Under the pieces are notes generated by a model. The model ran no database searches. It was not told where the DNA came from and worked only from the letters and a program-made list of their open reading frames with translations. From NCBI RefSeq assembly GCF_006345805.1, contig NC_043004.1, positions 14,384,001 through 14,448,000 of the forward strand: 64,000 nucleotides of DNA. The letters run 5' to 3'. Below are positions 35,945 to 49,506 of the stretch, in pieces. Position 1 is the first letter of the stretch, and each line of letters starts with the position of its first letter. The stretch is from Octopus sinensis. Its lineage: Eukaryota. A program made the translations under genes and the position numbers.

Positions 35945-37990
35945 GTGCTTGTATTTTGCTAGATGTAGTTTCAAGTTTTACGCTAAATCAGAAATGTTCA
36001 TAAAATATGTTATTTCTATTATCATAATCTAGTGCTATATAAGTATATTAAAAAGATACATCATATTAAAAGGGTGAATCATATCTCTGGTAGCAACTTA
36101 AATAATAGAGAGATAATACATATTTTCAGCAATCACCAATATTCTGAGATTGCCATACACTTTAGCATTCTTAAGCGTTTCTTTTTTCAGCCAACATTTA
36201 GTGCAGCCAAATTGGTTCAAAGAGGGCTTTATAAATAATTGCTTTGCGTATTTGTTTCCATTCTTGAAAGTAATACAAAAGACACTTACACATACAAAGC
36301 TATTTATGTACTCATACACACATATACTCTTTATTTGTGCCTAAATATGTTTCCAATATAAACGTATACACTGGTGCAAGCATAGCAGAATAGTAAGATA
36401 TTTGCTTCCCAACCACATGGTTATGGGTTCTGTTGTGGGAAATTGCTTTTTACTATATCCCTAGGCCGTCCAAAACCTAATGAATGACGGAAATCGAAAG
36501 ACGTCTATTATATATAATGTATATACATATTGGCGCAGGCGTGGCTGTGTGGTAAAAAGCTTACATCCCAAACACATGGTTCTGTGTTCAGTCCCACTGC
36601 CTAGCACGTTGGCAACGTGTCTTCTATTACAGCTTGTTATGGTTTCATTATACTGTGTAACATCCTTCCTTTTTTTATTTCTGATTCTTCAGTTCTGGGG
36701 TGAACGACGCTGATAGCTTTTGAATAGAAATAGCCCATCTAGGCATTTTTTCTGTTAAGCATATATCTAACAGAAAGTCATAATAATATTATAACATTTA
36801 TTGACATTATGAATTATTTAACCACATGAGCGCCAAGGAAGAAACGATCCGATTGTGCGACCTGACCTCCAGGACTGTAACACATAAAGATTTAAGGAAT
36901 ATTGGCCGCAAGTTACGTGGGAGGCCTGGTCAAACAAAGCCCTTTTCATGGCTTCCGGACTTGCTTATGTACAGAAAACCACCTGAAATCGCATCCTCGG
37001 TAATGGCTTCCGTGCGAGAATCCCCGAAACTGCCTCCTCACGGGAGTCTGAGGCTTCAATGGGCCTAAAAGTACATGACGTTAGACCTGAGTCGTCTTCT
37101 ATTCACTGACGAAACCAGGGTGACCCTTGATGAAACTGACAGTTGGGCAAATGTTTGGGTCTATTTTGGAGATGAACATCACCTTCGTTTACGACGTCAA
37201 CAACTGGGTGAAGGAGTCATGTCGTAGGCTGGTATCATTGGTGACAGACTTGTTGGCCCAGTGAGGGTGCTTGAAGAGGTTAAAGTGTCCGCAGCTGCCA
37301 ACTGAGTGTTTCTATTTGCGAGATATAGTTTCCAGTTTTACACTAAATCAGAAATTTCCACAAAATATGTTATTTTTAAAATTATAATTTAGTGCTATAT
37401 AAGTATATTAAAAGGATAGGGTGCATCATATCTCTGGTAGCAACTTAAATAATAGAGAGATAATACATATTTTAAGCAATCAGCGATATTCTGAGATTGC
37501 TATACATTTTGGCATTCGTAAGCGTTTCTCTTACAGCCAACATTTAGTGCAGACAGATTGGTTCAAAGAGGGCTTTATAGATAATTGCTTTGCGTATTTG
37601 TTTCCATTCTTGAAAGTAATACAAAACACACTTACATATACAAGAATATTTATATACTCATACATACATATACTCTATTTGTTTCTAAATAAGTTTCCAC
37701 GATAAACATATACACTGGTGCAAGCATGGCTGAATAGTAAGAATCTCACCTCCCAGCCACATGGTTTCGGGTTCAGTCCCACTGCGTGGCATTTCGGGAA
37801 ATCGCTTTTTGCTGTATCCCTAGGCCGTCCAAAACCTAATGAATGACGGAAATCGAAAGACGTCTATTATATATAATGTGTATACATATAGGCGCAGACG
37901 TTGCTGTGTGGTAAAAAGCTTACTTCCCAAACACATGGTTCTGTGTTCAGTCACACTGCGTAGCACTTTGGGCAAAATGTCTTTTATCAT
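35945..37990. repeat. Local direct duplication of ~690 bp (35945-36630 and 37306-37990), including SINE fragments
   Basis: Collinear diverged copies (e.g. CATATCTCTGGTAGCAACTTAAATAATAGAGAGATAATACATATTT in both), each ending in two SINE 5' fragments. Confidence 0.9.
36826..37305 (+). mobile_element. Tc1/IS630-like transposase fragment
   Basis: RLQWA*KYM...LLFTDETRVTLD..D.WA.VW..G....RLRRQQ.G.GVM.*AGIIGD.LVGP.RV..EVK. Confidence 0.8.
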
Positions 37991-38051
37991 ATCTTGGGGC
38001 TGACCAAAGCCTTGTGTGTAGATCTCTTAGACAGCGACTGGCTGAAAACCG

Positions 38052-38130
<79 letters not shown>

Positions 38131-38290
38131 AGTGTGTCTGTGTGGGTGTGAGTCTGTGTGTGTGTGTGAGTATTTGTGTGTGCGTGTGTCGTCTATCATG
38201 CGGCTATAGCTGGTGTGTTTATGTCCCCATAACCAAACGTTTCGGCAAAAGTGACGGATAGAATAAGTAGTATGTTTACAAAGAGTAGTT
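37891..38290 (+). mobile_element. ~400-bp tRNA-derived SINE with expanded internal TA/GT microsatellite
   Basis: GGCGCAG.CGT.GCTGTGTGGTAA head, internal microsatellite, GATAGAATAAGTA 3' part, as in 43335-43745. Confidence 0.75.
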
Positions 38291-38321
38291 CCTGGAGTCT
38301 ATTTCTACGACTAACATATAG

Positions 38322-38458
<137 letters not shown>

Positions 38459-38529
38459 CTAGCACTCCGTCTGTTACGACGCTGAGGGTTCCAGTTGATC
38501 TGAATAGTCTGCTCGTGACTCAGCACTCC

Positions 38530-39815
38530 ACCTATACAACGGGCCGAGAGGAAGCGTTCCGATGATTAGGCGATCCATTTGCTGTCAACACCCGCTGAGT
38601 AGAGGGCTGGGCATGATGCGGTTGATGATGCGCAGACATGCGCTAAGACTGCGACATCTCCGGCGTTTCATAGACGACGGCGAACAGGTGTGGTTGCTGT
38701 TTGTGAGGCGTGCTTTCCTTCAGCTCGTCTATTTGCCCGAACTGCAGTCGTGGATGAAACAGAGACTGAGGCTAGGCGAATGGCACCACGAGTGCCGCCT
38801 TGCTCTCAAACAATTCTGCCGTCCGAGACCAAACTTGTGCAACTTCAATTTCATGAAGGCGTTCTTTAGAGGATTGGTGGAGGGGAAGTGCGACGACGTT
38901 CTTGCGCAGAATCTGGGTGTCACCGAGAAACACCTGACCCACTGTTCAGGGCAACTTTCGGGCCGGGACAATCACCGGAGATCCCTGACCTGGCAGTGCT
39001 ATCGAGAAGTTCTACAGGCACAGTTCGGGACACACCGGACCGACTTGCCCGAGATGCGGTCAGGGTGACGAAACCGTTCTGCACGCATCGTGCAGTGTCT
39101 AACAATTTCGGAGCTGTGGGCTTATGCCGAACGGCTGCTATCACGTTTAGGACGAGTTCGCTTGTCAGGCGGGTCTAAAGTGAAAATTGCTCCGCCACCT
39201 TCCCTTAACCGGGAAGGCAAGGCAGTCTTCATCGTACTGGTGGGCATGGTGAAAAAATGTTTGTGGTGAACTCGAGCGAGAGGTTCAGAGACAAACACTT
39301 TCCTCTCTAGCCAATCGCTCATTAACTTTTTCAAGTACCACTTGAAAAGGAAAGTGAGAATAGAGAGGCAAGTGTTGTCTCGTGAAAGTTTCAATAAAAT
39401 TGGGTGAATGTAGCAAAGATTGTACGTGCGAATGACGAAACCACTTTGAGAATGATCCTGTAAATCGAAAAAGGAAAGAGAGCACTTTGCTTTTATGTGC
39501 CGATTCCCTCCATGCCTGACGTTACCGTGGTCTTTTCCGTAGACTTTTCCTTCCATGGATAAACTTAATGCTTCTTTTTACATTTTTGATATTTTCTGTG
39601 ATACACGATACTCTTTGATCGCTTTTTTTTTCAACAATCCCCTTTGATCGGAATTATATTTTGCTCCTTTTTTGTCTATTTACAAAAAGAAAAGCTTTAA
39701 AATGGCGGTGCCCCAGCATGGCCACAGCTCATAAGCTGAAACTAGAATCAATCAATCAATCAATCATTGTATTTTGTCCCTTCTGTGTTCGGCCCTGTGT
39801 GGATAATAAAGAAAC
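38530..39815 (+). mobile_element. Decayed L1/Tx1-clade LINE 3' portion; its 3' UTR carries a SINE-tail insertion (~39698-39765)
   Basis: RRHALRLRHL..F, GLVEGKCDDVL, LTWQCYRE, homologous to the 33230-33889 ORF. Ends CCCTGTGTGGATAATAAAGAAAC followed by (CTAT)n. Confidence 0.8.
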
Positions 39816-39904
<89 letters not shown>

Positions 39905-39909
39905 CGTCC

Positions 39910-39992
<83 letters not shown>

Positions 39993-40767
39993 GGTCTCTG
40001 CACGCAATCGTGCAGTGTCCAGCAATTTCCGACCTGTGGGCTTATGTCGAACGACTGCTGTCACGTGTGGGACGAGTCGGTTTATCAGCCGAGTCTATCG
40101 TTAATATCGTCACGCCCCCTTCCTTCACACGGGAAGGAAGAGCTATTTTTATCATACTTGTGGCTATGGCGAAAGAATGTATCTGGTGGACGCACCTGAA
40201 AGGATTAGAGACAAACACTTTCCTCTCTGGTCAATCTCTCATCAACTTCTTCAAGTATCACTTGAAGAGGTAAGTGAGAGTAGAGTGGCAAGTTTTGTCT
40301 AGTGAATGTTTTAAAAAAAGATGGGTGAATGTAGCAAGGATGGCACGTATGAATGACGAAGCCACCTTGACTATGATTCTATGAACCGTAAAAATTAATA
40401 CAGAGAGTTGCTTATTTGCAAAAAAAAAAGAAATATAACATGTGACTTCATTGACCGATGTTACCGTGGTCTTTTCCGTAGGCTTTTCCTTCCACGGGTA
40501 AACCTCACCTGTCCTCCCCTTTACACTTCATATTGACATTTCTGTGATTACGATCCCTATTGATCAACATTTTTTTCCCTCTCCCCTTTTCTTTTTTTCC
40601 CTCTCCCCACCTTTTTTTTTTAAATCCTCCCCTTTTTTTGTCCTCTTTCTTTCCTTTTACGATCCCTTTTGATCGAAAACCAACCCCCTTTTTTTACCCC
40701 CAAAAGAAAAGCTCTACCTTGTAATTTATTCTGTCTGTGTGCAGCCCTGTGTGGCTAATAAAGAAAC
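39993..40767 (+). mobile_element. Second, shorter 5'-truncated Tx1-like copy between (CTAT)n arrays
   Basis: [21 protein letters not shown]...GLETNTFLSGQSLINFFKYHLKR, pyrimidine-rich 3' UTR, same terminus. Confidence 0.8.
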
Positions 40768-40768
40768 A

Positions 40769-40847
<79 letters not shown>

Positions 40848-41097
40848 ATTGACATTTCTGTGATAACGATCCCTATTGATCATTTTTTTTTCCTCTCCCC
40901 CTTTTTTTTTAACCCCCCTTTTTTTTAACCCCCCTTTTTTTTAACCCCCCTTTTTTTGTCCTCTTTCTCTCCTTTTACGATCCCTTTTGATCGAAACTCC
41001 CCCTTCCTTTTTTTTTTTTTTTTAAACCTTCAAAAGAAAAGCTCTACCTTCTAATTTGTTCTATCTGTGTGCAGCCCTGTGTGGCTAATAAAGAAAC
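40848..41097 (+). mobile_element. Third copy: terminal ~250 bp of the Tx1-like 3' UTR, between (CTAT)n arrays
   Basis: Near-duplicate of 40532-40767. Confidence 0.85.
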
Positions 41098-41206
41098 ATA
41101 TATATCTATCTATCTATCTATCAATCTATCTATCTATCTATCTATCTAACTATATATCCATCCATCCATCCATCCATCTATCTATCTATCTATCTATCTA
41201 TCTATA

Positions 41207-41268
<62 letters not shown>

Positions 41269-41520
41269 CCTATCTGTTTGTGCATGCGTGGGTCTTAGTA
41301 TCTATACACGATGTGTATTTGAGTGATTAGTTTTATTCTTCTACGCAAAGATTTGGCAAAGTATATCAAAACTGAGATATACCAACCTATAACTAAGTAG
41401 CCGGTCCTTCCGGTATTTACATTAAGCAGAAATATTTGTCTCATTATCAAGAACACTTTCATATCTGTTTATTATTTCTTGTGTGAGTTGGTACGCGATC
41501 AAGAAACTATCCAAATCATA

Positions 41521-41521
41521 T

Positions 41522-41582
<61 letters not shown>

Positions 41583-41588
41583 CATCAT

Positions 41589-41632
<44 letters not shown>

Positions 41633-41648
41633 TCACCACCACCATGAA

Positions 41649-41722
<74 letters not shown>
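41521..41722. repeat. (ACT)/(ACC) trinucleotide microsatellite
   Basis: Directly visible. Confidence 0.95.
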
Positions 41723-41723
<1 letters not shown>

Positions 41724-42319
41724 CTGATTTTGTTTTAGTGGTTATTGATGCCAGAGAAATTTGTATGCCTTTAGTGTTCGTGAAAGTGATTTAGTGTGCG
41801 GTTTGCTGTATTCGTATGTATGTGAGCCTGTGGATGTCATATCTTACATCAGCGTGTTTGTGAATGTCGGAGAATATACGACAACTTTTGTCTGTGTTGG
41901 GGTGTTTAGTGTGTATGTGTGTTAGTGTGTTAATGTGTTAACTCACGTGTGGTAACTTGCTCGAACGCACGCGCGTGTGTATCTGTGTATCTGCGTGTGT
42001 GTGTGTGTGTGTGTGTTTTGGCGGTATGGGTATCTTACACACAGTTGGCAGTTACCAGCAATTATCATCTATATCAACAATTTCTTGTCTCTATTCAATT
42101 TTCAATACGTCCTTCGCTAACTTTCATAACTATATCTAAGCAGAAATATTTCAGACAATTTCCGAGAATGCCTTACGGGCATATACTTCAATAAAGAGAT
42201 TCTTAACAATATATTCCCGTAGCTGATCACGTAAATATCTCCTAATTTGTCTCACTCTCTCTGTATATACATGTGTGTGTTTCCTTCCATATGTATGTAT
42301 ATATGTACATACATATGTA

Positions 42320-42355
<36 letters not shown>

Positions 42356-42461
42356 CATACATACATATATATATAAACATACATACATACATGCATACAT
42401 ACATACATACAAACATACATACATGCATATATATATAAACATACATACATACATACATACA

Positions 42462-42492
<31 letters not shown>

Positions 42493-43334
42493 GTATATAT
42501 ATGCATACATATATAACAGAGAAAGAGAAAGAAGGAGAGAGGGAGACACACACAGCGAAAGAGAGAGCTTGAGAAATGTAATCTATATTTTATGTATTTA
42601 TGTGTATGTTTGCCTCTGTGTGTGTGTAAATTTGGGAAGAGTTTTTCTTAATATATAGGGTAAAGCTTTTCAAACATGATATGCTATAAACACGTCTACG
42701 TTCAAATGTGATATTTTTATCAAAAGTTTTTCATATTTCATTACTAAATATCTTTGGAACAATAATATTCCTTAGTTAATTACTTAGTCGTCTCGAAACT
42801 TTGCCAATCTCATTTTCAAATTAAACTGTGGTAATTGCCTTTAGCACTGGCTCTTCTGGTAAATCACAAAAGATCTCGAGACTAACTTTATTAAGATTAA
42901 AATTATCTACTCCAGATGTATATTTGTACATCATTAAATCATAATGGCTTTCATGCCATAATAAATTTTTACGTGTGATGTATCTATGCATTAAATTCGA
43001 GTTATATACTAGTCTAAACAAAACATCTCGTATTTGTGACGTTATATAATTGTTTTACTGGCTAACAGTGTTTTGCGACTCACTTTCAATTTGTTCACTG
43101 AATTACAATGGTTTGCAATGCTTCCTTATCTAAATGCATGTTAACTGGCAAGAGATTGTCGTATGTGTGTTTGATATGAGAGCCAGAGTCATGAAATTCA
43201 CAAATTTCACGTTTACATTGGAAGTTGTAAGATACTATGATGGCATCAAGCACATTACAAGGTCTGATAGCTTGTGGTTTCGTGTTAGAGAGTAAGTGTT
43301 TTTGTTTTGTGATATCTTTATATATTATAACTAT

Positions 43335-43745
43335 AGACGTAGGAGTGGCTGTGTGGTAAGTAGCATGCTCACGAAACCACATGGTTCCGGGTTCAGGCCC
43401 ACTGCGTGGCATCTTGGGCAAGCGTCTTCTACTATAGCCTCGAACCGACCAAAGCCTTGTGAGTTGATTGGTAGACGGAAACTGAAAGAAGCCCGTCGTA
43501 TATATGTATATATATATATGTTTGTGTGTGCGTGTGTGTCTGTGTGTGTCTGTGTTTGTCCCCCTAACATCACTTGACAACCGATGCTGGTGTGTTTACG
43601 TCCCCGTAACTTAGCGGATCAACAAAAGAGACCGATAGAATAAGTACTGGGCTTACAAAGAATAAGTCCTGGCGTCGATTTGCTCGACTAAAGGCGGTGC
43701 TCCAGCATGGCCACTGTCAAATGACTGACACAAGTAAAAGAGTGA
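43335..43745 (+). mobile_element. Full-length ~410-bp tRNA-derived SINE with internal microsatellite
   Basis: A box GTGGCTGTGTGG, B box GGGTTCAGGCCC, TTGGGCAAG.GTCTT central motif, (TA)/(GT) tract, GATAGAATAAGTAC...GGCGGTGCTCCAGCATGGCC tail. Confidence 0.85.
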
Positions 43746-44008
43746 AAGTGTAATCCGTTACTTAAAACCTAAGTTGAATATTAGTATCAGTTATAAACTT
43801 CTTCGAATATTCTTCGCAAATGACAGCACAGCACGTGAAGAACGTAGCTTTATTTGAATTCAGTATGCAAATGAGGTTGTGAAAGTTCTGCGATGGAAAA
43901 CTGAGAGATTTAAAAGCATTATCCTTCTATAAACAACATCTACAAAGGAAATAAGACAAAAGCTGCGTTTAGATGTATACATATACATATCTATAAATAT
44001 ATACACAT

Positions 44009-44155
44009 AGGCACAGGCGTGGCTGCGTGGTAAAGAGTTTGCTTCTCGACCACATTGTTCTGGGTGGCATCTTGGGCAGTGTCTTCTTACATTGCATCGA
44101 GCCGTCCAAAACCTTGTGAGTGGATTTGGTAGACGGAACTTGAAAGAAGCCTAAC
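44009..44155 (+). mobile_element. 5' half of the same SINE family
   Basis: Aligns to 43335-43500 with a deletion around the B box. Confidence 0.7.
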
Positions 44156-44169
44156 GCATGTATCCATTT

Positions 44170-44553
44170 ATTTTTTTACTTATTTCAGTCATCTGACTGC
44201 GGCCCCGCTTGAGCACCGATTTTAATCGAGAAAATCGAGCCCAGGACTTGCTCATTGTAAGTCTAGTACTTATTCTATCGTTCTCTTTTGCCGAACCGCT
44301 AAGTTACGGGGACATAAACTTACCAGCATTGGTTGTCAAGCGATGTTGGAGGGGGGAACAAACACAGATACACAGACACACACAGACACACACACGCACA
44401 CACACATACACAAATACACACACATGCACATTCACACACATGCGCGCGCGCGTTCCAGAAAAACACTTGCCCAAGGTGACATGCAGTGGGGCTGAACCCG
44501 AAACCATGTGGTTGGTAAGCAAGTTACTTACCAAACATCCACTTTTGCGCCTA
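44170..44553 (-). mobile_element. Same SINE family, inverted copy with internal deletion
   Basis: Reverse complement aligns to 43335-43745. Confidence 0.85.
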
Positions 44554-44577
44554 TAAAAAACAACATGCATCTCTCGA

Positions 44578-44668
<91 letters not shown>

Positions 44669-45725
44669 AATCGTTCAGTTTTCCTCAATTGATCAATAGA
44701 CCGATTGAGCAAACATGTTAATGAAGTACCTATAAAAACTACTGGAAACAGGTGTAAGCCAAATTTACCCTAATGTAATGATCATTATTTTCAACTTGTG
44801 GGGAGCAGTAAATCTAGGGAATTGGGAAGTAATGTAGACGAAATACATATGATTATGTGTTCCAGTTTTCTAGTCTATCAGCGAAATATATGGACACTTA
44901 ATACATGTTGCAGTATCTATTGCTTATTGAAACAGCTTTACTTTTAGTTTGCATTTTGTGTTACATTTATATCACGCTGATTTAAATGCGTCGAGAATTT
45001 TCTTTGTTTTTTTATCCCTGTTCAGTTTAGATTTATTGGCGTGGGCGATTGTATTTTAGCATTGGCTGTTTTCTGATATCAATTTTTGCTAATCTCTTTA
45101 TATATATATGCTACAAGGAGAGCATTGTCTGCGTTAAATTTTCCTTTTTTTTCCCCCATACGTTTCCGATTCCGTTTCCTTTACGTCTTTGACTGTAGTT
45201 TTCTTTGAGTCATCTTCAATATTGTTGTTATCTATGTTTTCAATGCTCGGTAATACTGTTGTTGTATATTTAATATTTCCTATGTTGTTTCAAACAGCTT
45301 TTCGTCATTTTTTTTCATATAGGTGAGTATAGCCTCTGTTTCTGATATCCTGTTTTCTGGTTTCAGTCGACTTATTTTACATTCTGTATATTTGTTTCAT
45401 GTCGTTTAGAAATTAAAATCGTTTTTTTTTTTTTTCTGAAGTTTTTATTTTCAATCGCATATGGCCACGGTCCGTTTGTTATTTTAGTGATAGATTCTCT
45501 TAGATCTCTTTCAACTTGTTTCAGGTGAGTGGCAATATATTTGGATGTGCATGAAAAATTCATTCTCTATGGAATGTTCTTTCAAAATATTCACGTGCAT
45601 TCGCATATAAATATGCATGCATGTATGTTTGTATGTATGTATGTATGTATGTATGTATTATGTATGGATGGATGGATGGATAGGATTACATATACATAGT
45701 ACATAATACATACATGCACATTGAA

Positions 45726-45773
<48 letters not shown>

Positions 45774-46032
45774 GATATATAGACAGATAGACAGATAGAT
45801 AGATATAGGTATAGATAAATATGCATGTATGTATATAAAATTCTACATATTTATATATGTATAATTGTTTTCCTGACTTCCTGTAAACTGCAACACGTTC
45901 TCTGACAAATTCATCGGTCTGGCGGAGCAGCGTTCAATGAGACGACAGGTAACGTGGTCGAAACATCCCTTTGTTTCAAAGACTCTGCCACGAGTGAATA
46001 AGTGTGTGTGTGTATGTGTGTATGTGTGTGTG

Positions 46033-46348
46033 AAGGCACATAACTCGGTGGTTAGAGCGTCGGGCTCATACTCATGAGGGAGGGAGTTTCATACAGGAAC
46101 AGGTTTATGTATTTTGTTCTTGAGCAAGACACTTTATTTCCCGTTGCTCAACTTCTACTCAGCTGTACAAATTAATTGCAACGTCACTAGTGCCGAGCTT
46201 TATTGGCCTCTGACTTTCCCTTGGATAACATCAGTGGCGTGGAGCGGGAGGCTGATATGCATGAGCGACTGCTGGGCTTCCATAAAAACAATTTTGCTTC
46301 TACTTGTACCTCAGAGGGTAACTTTCTAGGTACAACTCCATGGTCATT
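46033..46348 (+). mobile_element. tRNA-derived SINE of another family (diverged)
   Basis: GAAGGCACATAACTCGGTGGTTAGAGCG head and TGTTCTTGAGCAAGACACTTT motif shared with 4092-4350. Confidence 0.65.
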
Positions 46349-46760
46349 CGTGGTAAGTATCTTGCTTACCAACCACATGGTTCCGGGTTCAGTCCCACTG
46401 TGTGGGACCTTGAGCAAGTGTCTTCTACTATAGACTCGGGCAGACCATGACCTTCTGAGTGGATTGGTAGACGGAAACTGAAAGAAGCTTGTCGTATATA
46501 TGTATATGTATATATATGTGTGTGTGTTTGTGTATCTGTGTTTGTGTATCTGTGTTTATTCCTCGAACATCGCTTAACAACCGATGGGGGGGGGTGTTTA
46601 CGTCCCCGTAACTTAGCGATTCGGCAGAAGAATCCGATAGAATAAGTACTAGGCTTAGAAAGAATAAGTCCTGGGGTCGATTTGATTCGACTAAAAGGTG
46701 GTGCTATAGCATGGCCGCAGTCAAATTACTGAAACAAGTAAAAGAATGAAAGAATAAAAG
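46349..46760 (+). mobile_element. ~400-bp SINE family copy lacking its first ~15 nt
   Basis: Aligns to 43355-43745. Confidence 0.85.
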
Positions 46761-46761
46761 A

Positions 46762-46796
<35 letters not shown>

Positions 46797-46797
<1 letters not shown>

Positions 46798-47003
46798 GAA
46801 TGACAATGGGATTGCAGTTAGAAAGCTGCTCTCCGACGCAGAAGGCAGGGCAAGATTGTTTATTGAAGACCGTCATTTGTCCATGCATGCCAGCCTCCTC
46901 TCTCCACGCCACCAATGTTATCCAAGATGAAAGTCAGAGGACAATACAGCTCGGCACTAGTAACGTTACAACTCATTTCTACAGCTGAGTAGAAGTTGAG
47001 CAA
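46797..47003 (-). mobile_element. 3' part of the 46033-type SINE, inverted
   Basis: Reverse complement aligns to ~46143-46348 (TGCTCAACTTCTACTCAGCTGTA...CTAGTGCCGAGCT...GGATAACAT). Confidence 0.75.
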
Positions 47004-47096
47004 TGATAAAACTCCGAGTTTCAGATGCCGAGGTGGAAATCCACGCCGCTATCTCCTCAGTTATCCGGCCATCGTAAAAAATGCTATATATATATA

Positions 47097-48367
47097 CGAG
47101 GGGCGTTCAATAAGTAATGCCCCTGACCCACTTCCCATAGCAGCAGAGCAACGACACTTGGCACAGTTATTAGTCTTTTCCTACATAGGAACTACCCAGA
47201 GTTATGCATTTCTCCCATCGTTTGATACAGCTCTGGAGACCGTTTTTGTAGAAGACCCCAGCTTGGTCCTCCAACCACGACGTGACTTCAGAAATCAAGG
47301 CTGCATCATCTGGGAAACGCTTTCCTTTCAAAATCAACTTCATGGCTGGGAAGAGGTGAAAATCAGAGGGTGCAAGGGGAGGAGTTCATAGCTGCACGCC
47401 TGTGCTTCTGATCTGGCGACACGCGAGTTGTGGACCGGAGCGTTGTCCTGCAGGAGGAGGATGCCTTTGCTGATCTTGCCCCGCCTCTTGATTTTGATAG
47501 CTTCTCTTAATTTCCTCAAAAGTGAAGCATAATAGGCTCCGTAAATTGTGGTACCCTTTGCCAGGAAATCTGTCATCACTACTCCGTCCTGGTCCCAGAA
47601 GACCTGTGAGCATAACCTTGTCAGCGGAGGGCTGCACCCTTGCCTTCTTTGGAGGAGTTGAGTCACGGTGCTTTCACTGCATTGACTGGGCTTTGGTCTA
47701 TGGATCATAGTGATGGACCCAGGTTTTATCCCGTGTGATCAGTCTTTTGAAAAATTTTGACTCATCTTCTTGGCATATCTCCAAATTCATCCTCGAGCAC
47801 TCAACGCGTTCTTGCTTCTGGAAAGGTGTGAGCAACCTGGAAATCCATCTGGCAGACACCTTTTGCATATGCAAATGGTCATGAATGATAGTTTCCACAG
47901 ACCCGGTACTAATCTTGACCTTATGGGCTATTTGGCGAATAGTTATGCGTTGACCTTCCAAAATGGCAGCCTCAACTTGACGGACAGACGTCTCATCAAC
48001 GGCAGAAGGGGGCGACCAGATCTGGGAGCTGTTTCCACAGAGTTCCGACTATGTTGGAATTCACAATGCCAGCGTTTTACAAGGTCATATGATGGGGCAT
48101 CATCACCATAAGTTACTTTCATTTCATCAAAAGTCTCCCGTGGTGTGCGTCCTTTCAAATACAAAAACCAGATCACTGCTCGACACTCAACAGGCTCCAT
48201 TTCACACTTGACTCAGTTCAAACACCTGTAAATCAGAAACCACAACTAGTTCAGGGCTGTAATTCGCCGCTTAATCTATAGAGGTATCAATAAGTGCACA
48301 TGCAAAATTTCAGCTAGATCAAACGACTGCAAGTGGGTCAGGGGCATTACTTATTGAACGCCCCTGG
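47097..48367 (-). mobile_element. Near full-length mariner (DD34D type) with 37-bp TIRs; transposase frameshifted
   Basis: TIRs 47097-47133 and 48331-48367 match at 36/37; TA on both sides. MEPVECRAVI..HTH, SARW, ITRDKTWVHHYDP, LLQDNAPVH, PSDFHLFP, KRWEKCI. Confidence 0.95.
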
Positions 48368-49383
48368 TATATACAGTGTACACTGTGTTTATATGTCGTG
48401 AACTATAGTGTATTATAAATACACTGTATTTATATGTCGCGAACTATCATTGAGTACATGATGCCTTCCATTTGAGTCTATAATATAATTCATTTCATTT
48501 ACCAGTGTAACATCATATGTCGCCAACTGTTTAATCACTCAAATTCTCTTTGTTTAATGTTATATGACCTAAAATGTTTATCAAAAGGAGCTATTCTGAA
48601 AGTCTTAAAAAACAAATTCTACAACACGTTCATTTGTGAAGCCAGAACATTATTCATAGAGAATTTTCATCTAATCCTGGAAATACAAAATGTTGGACAT
48701 TAAATAAAAGCAGATCTTCAATTTAACATCTTCGCTTAATTATTCAAAGATCATGCTGCTGGAGTTAAAGAGATATTTCGTGTTTCAGTGTTTCATAAAA
48801 TAATTTCTGTAAATTAATTTGTTAGTGCAGTTATATCCTCATCATTGTATACATGAAATTCGCATTACAGTTAATAAGGAGACTCCATTTTCCCTTTAAA
48901 ATGTATGTACCATGCCATTTGTAAACTAGCAAAACTATATTGATCTCGTAAGGAAGGAAAAAATCGTTGAGTTTAAAATAGGAATCCAGTAACCTAACAG
49001 ACAGTACATGTAAATTTAATTGACCGGCGCCTTGGAATTCATTAATTCGCATTATGTTAAAATATTAATTTCCTACTTGTGAAGAAAACTCAGACACAAG
49101 GTCGCGGAATTATATGCAAGAATAATACAACCGTCTCTTGGCATTCGTTTTCAGAACGCTCTAAATAAAGTAAATATGAATCTACAAAGAATCGAATTAT
49201 AGCCGCAGATATGTCTACTGGAGGCTTCTTCCTCTTATTAATATTTTCACAAACATCTGCAATATTTGCACGCAGAATTATCGCTAGAAGAAACTAATGT
49301 TTTTCACACCCAATGAAGAGTAATTCATTCATTCTATAAAAACAACTTTTTCTCTATATACTTATCCTTCTATCTAACACTCC

Positions 49384-49466
<83 letters not shown>

Positions 49467-49472
49467 ACTTAT

Positions 49473-49506
<34 letters not shown>

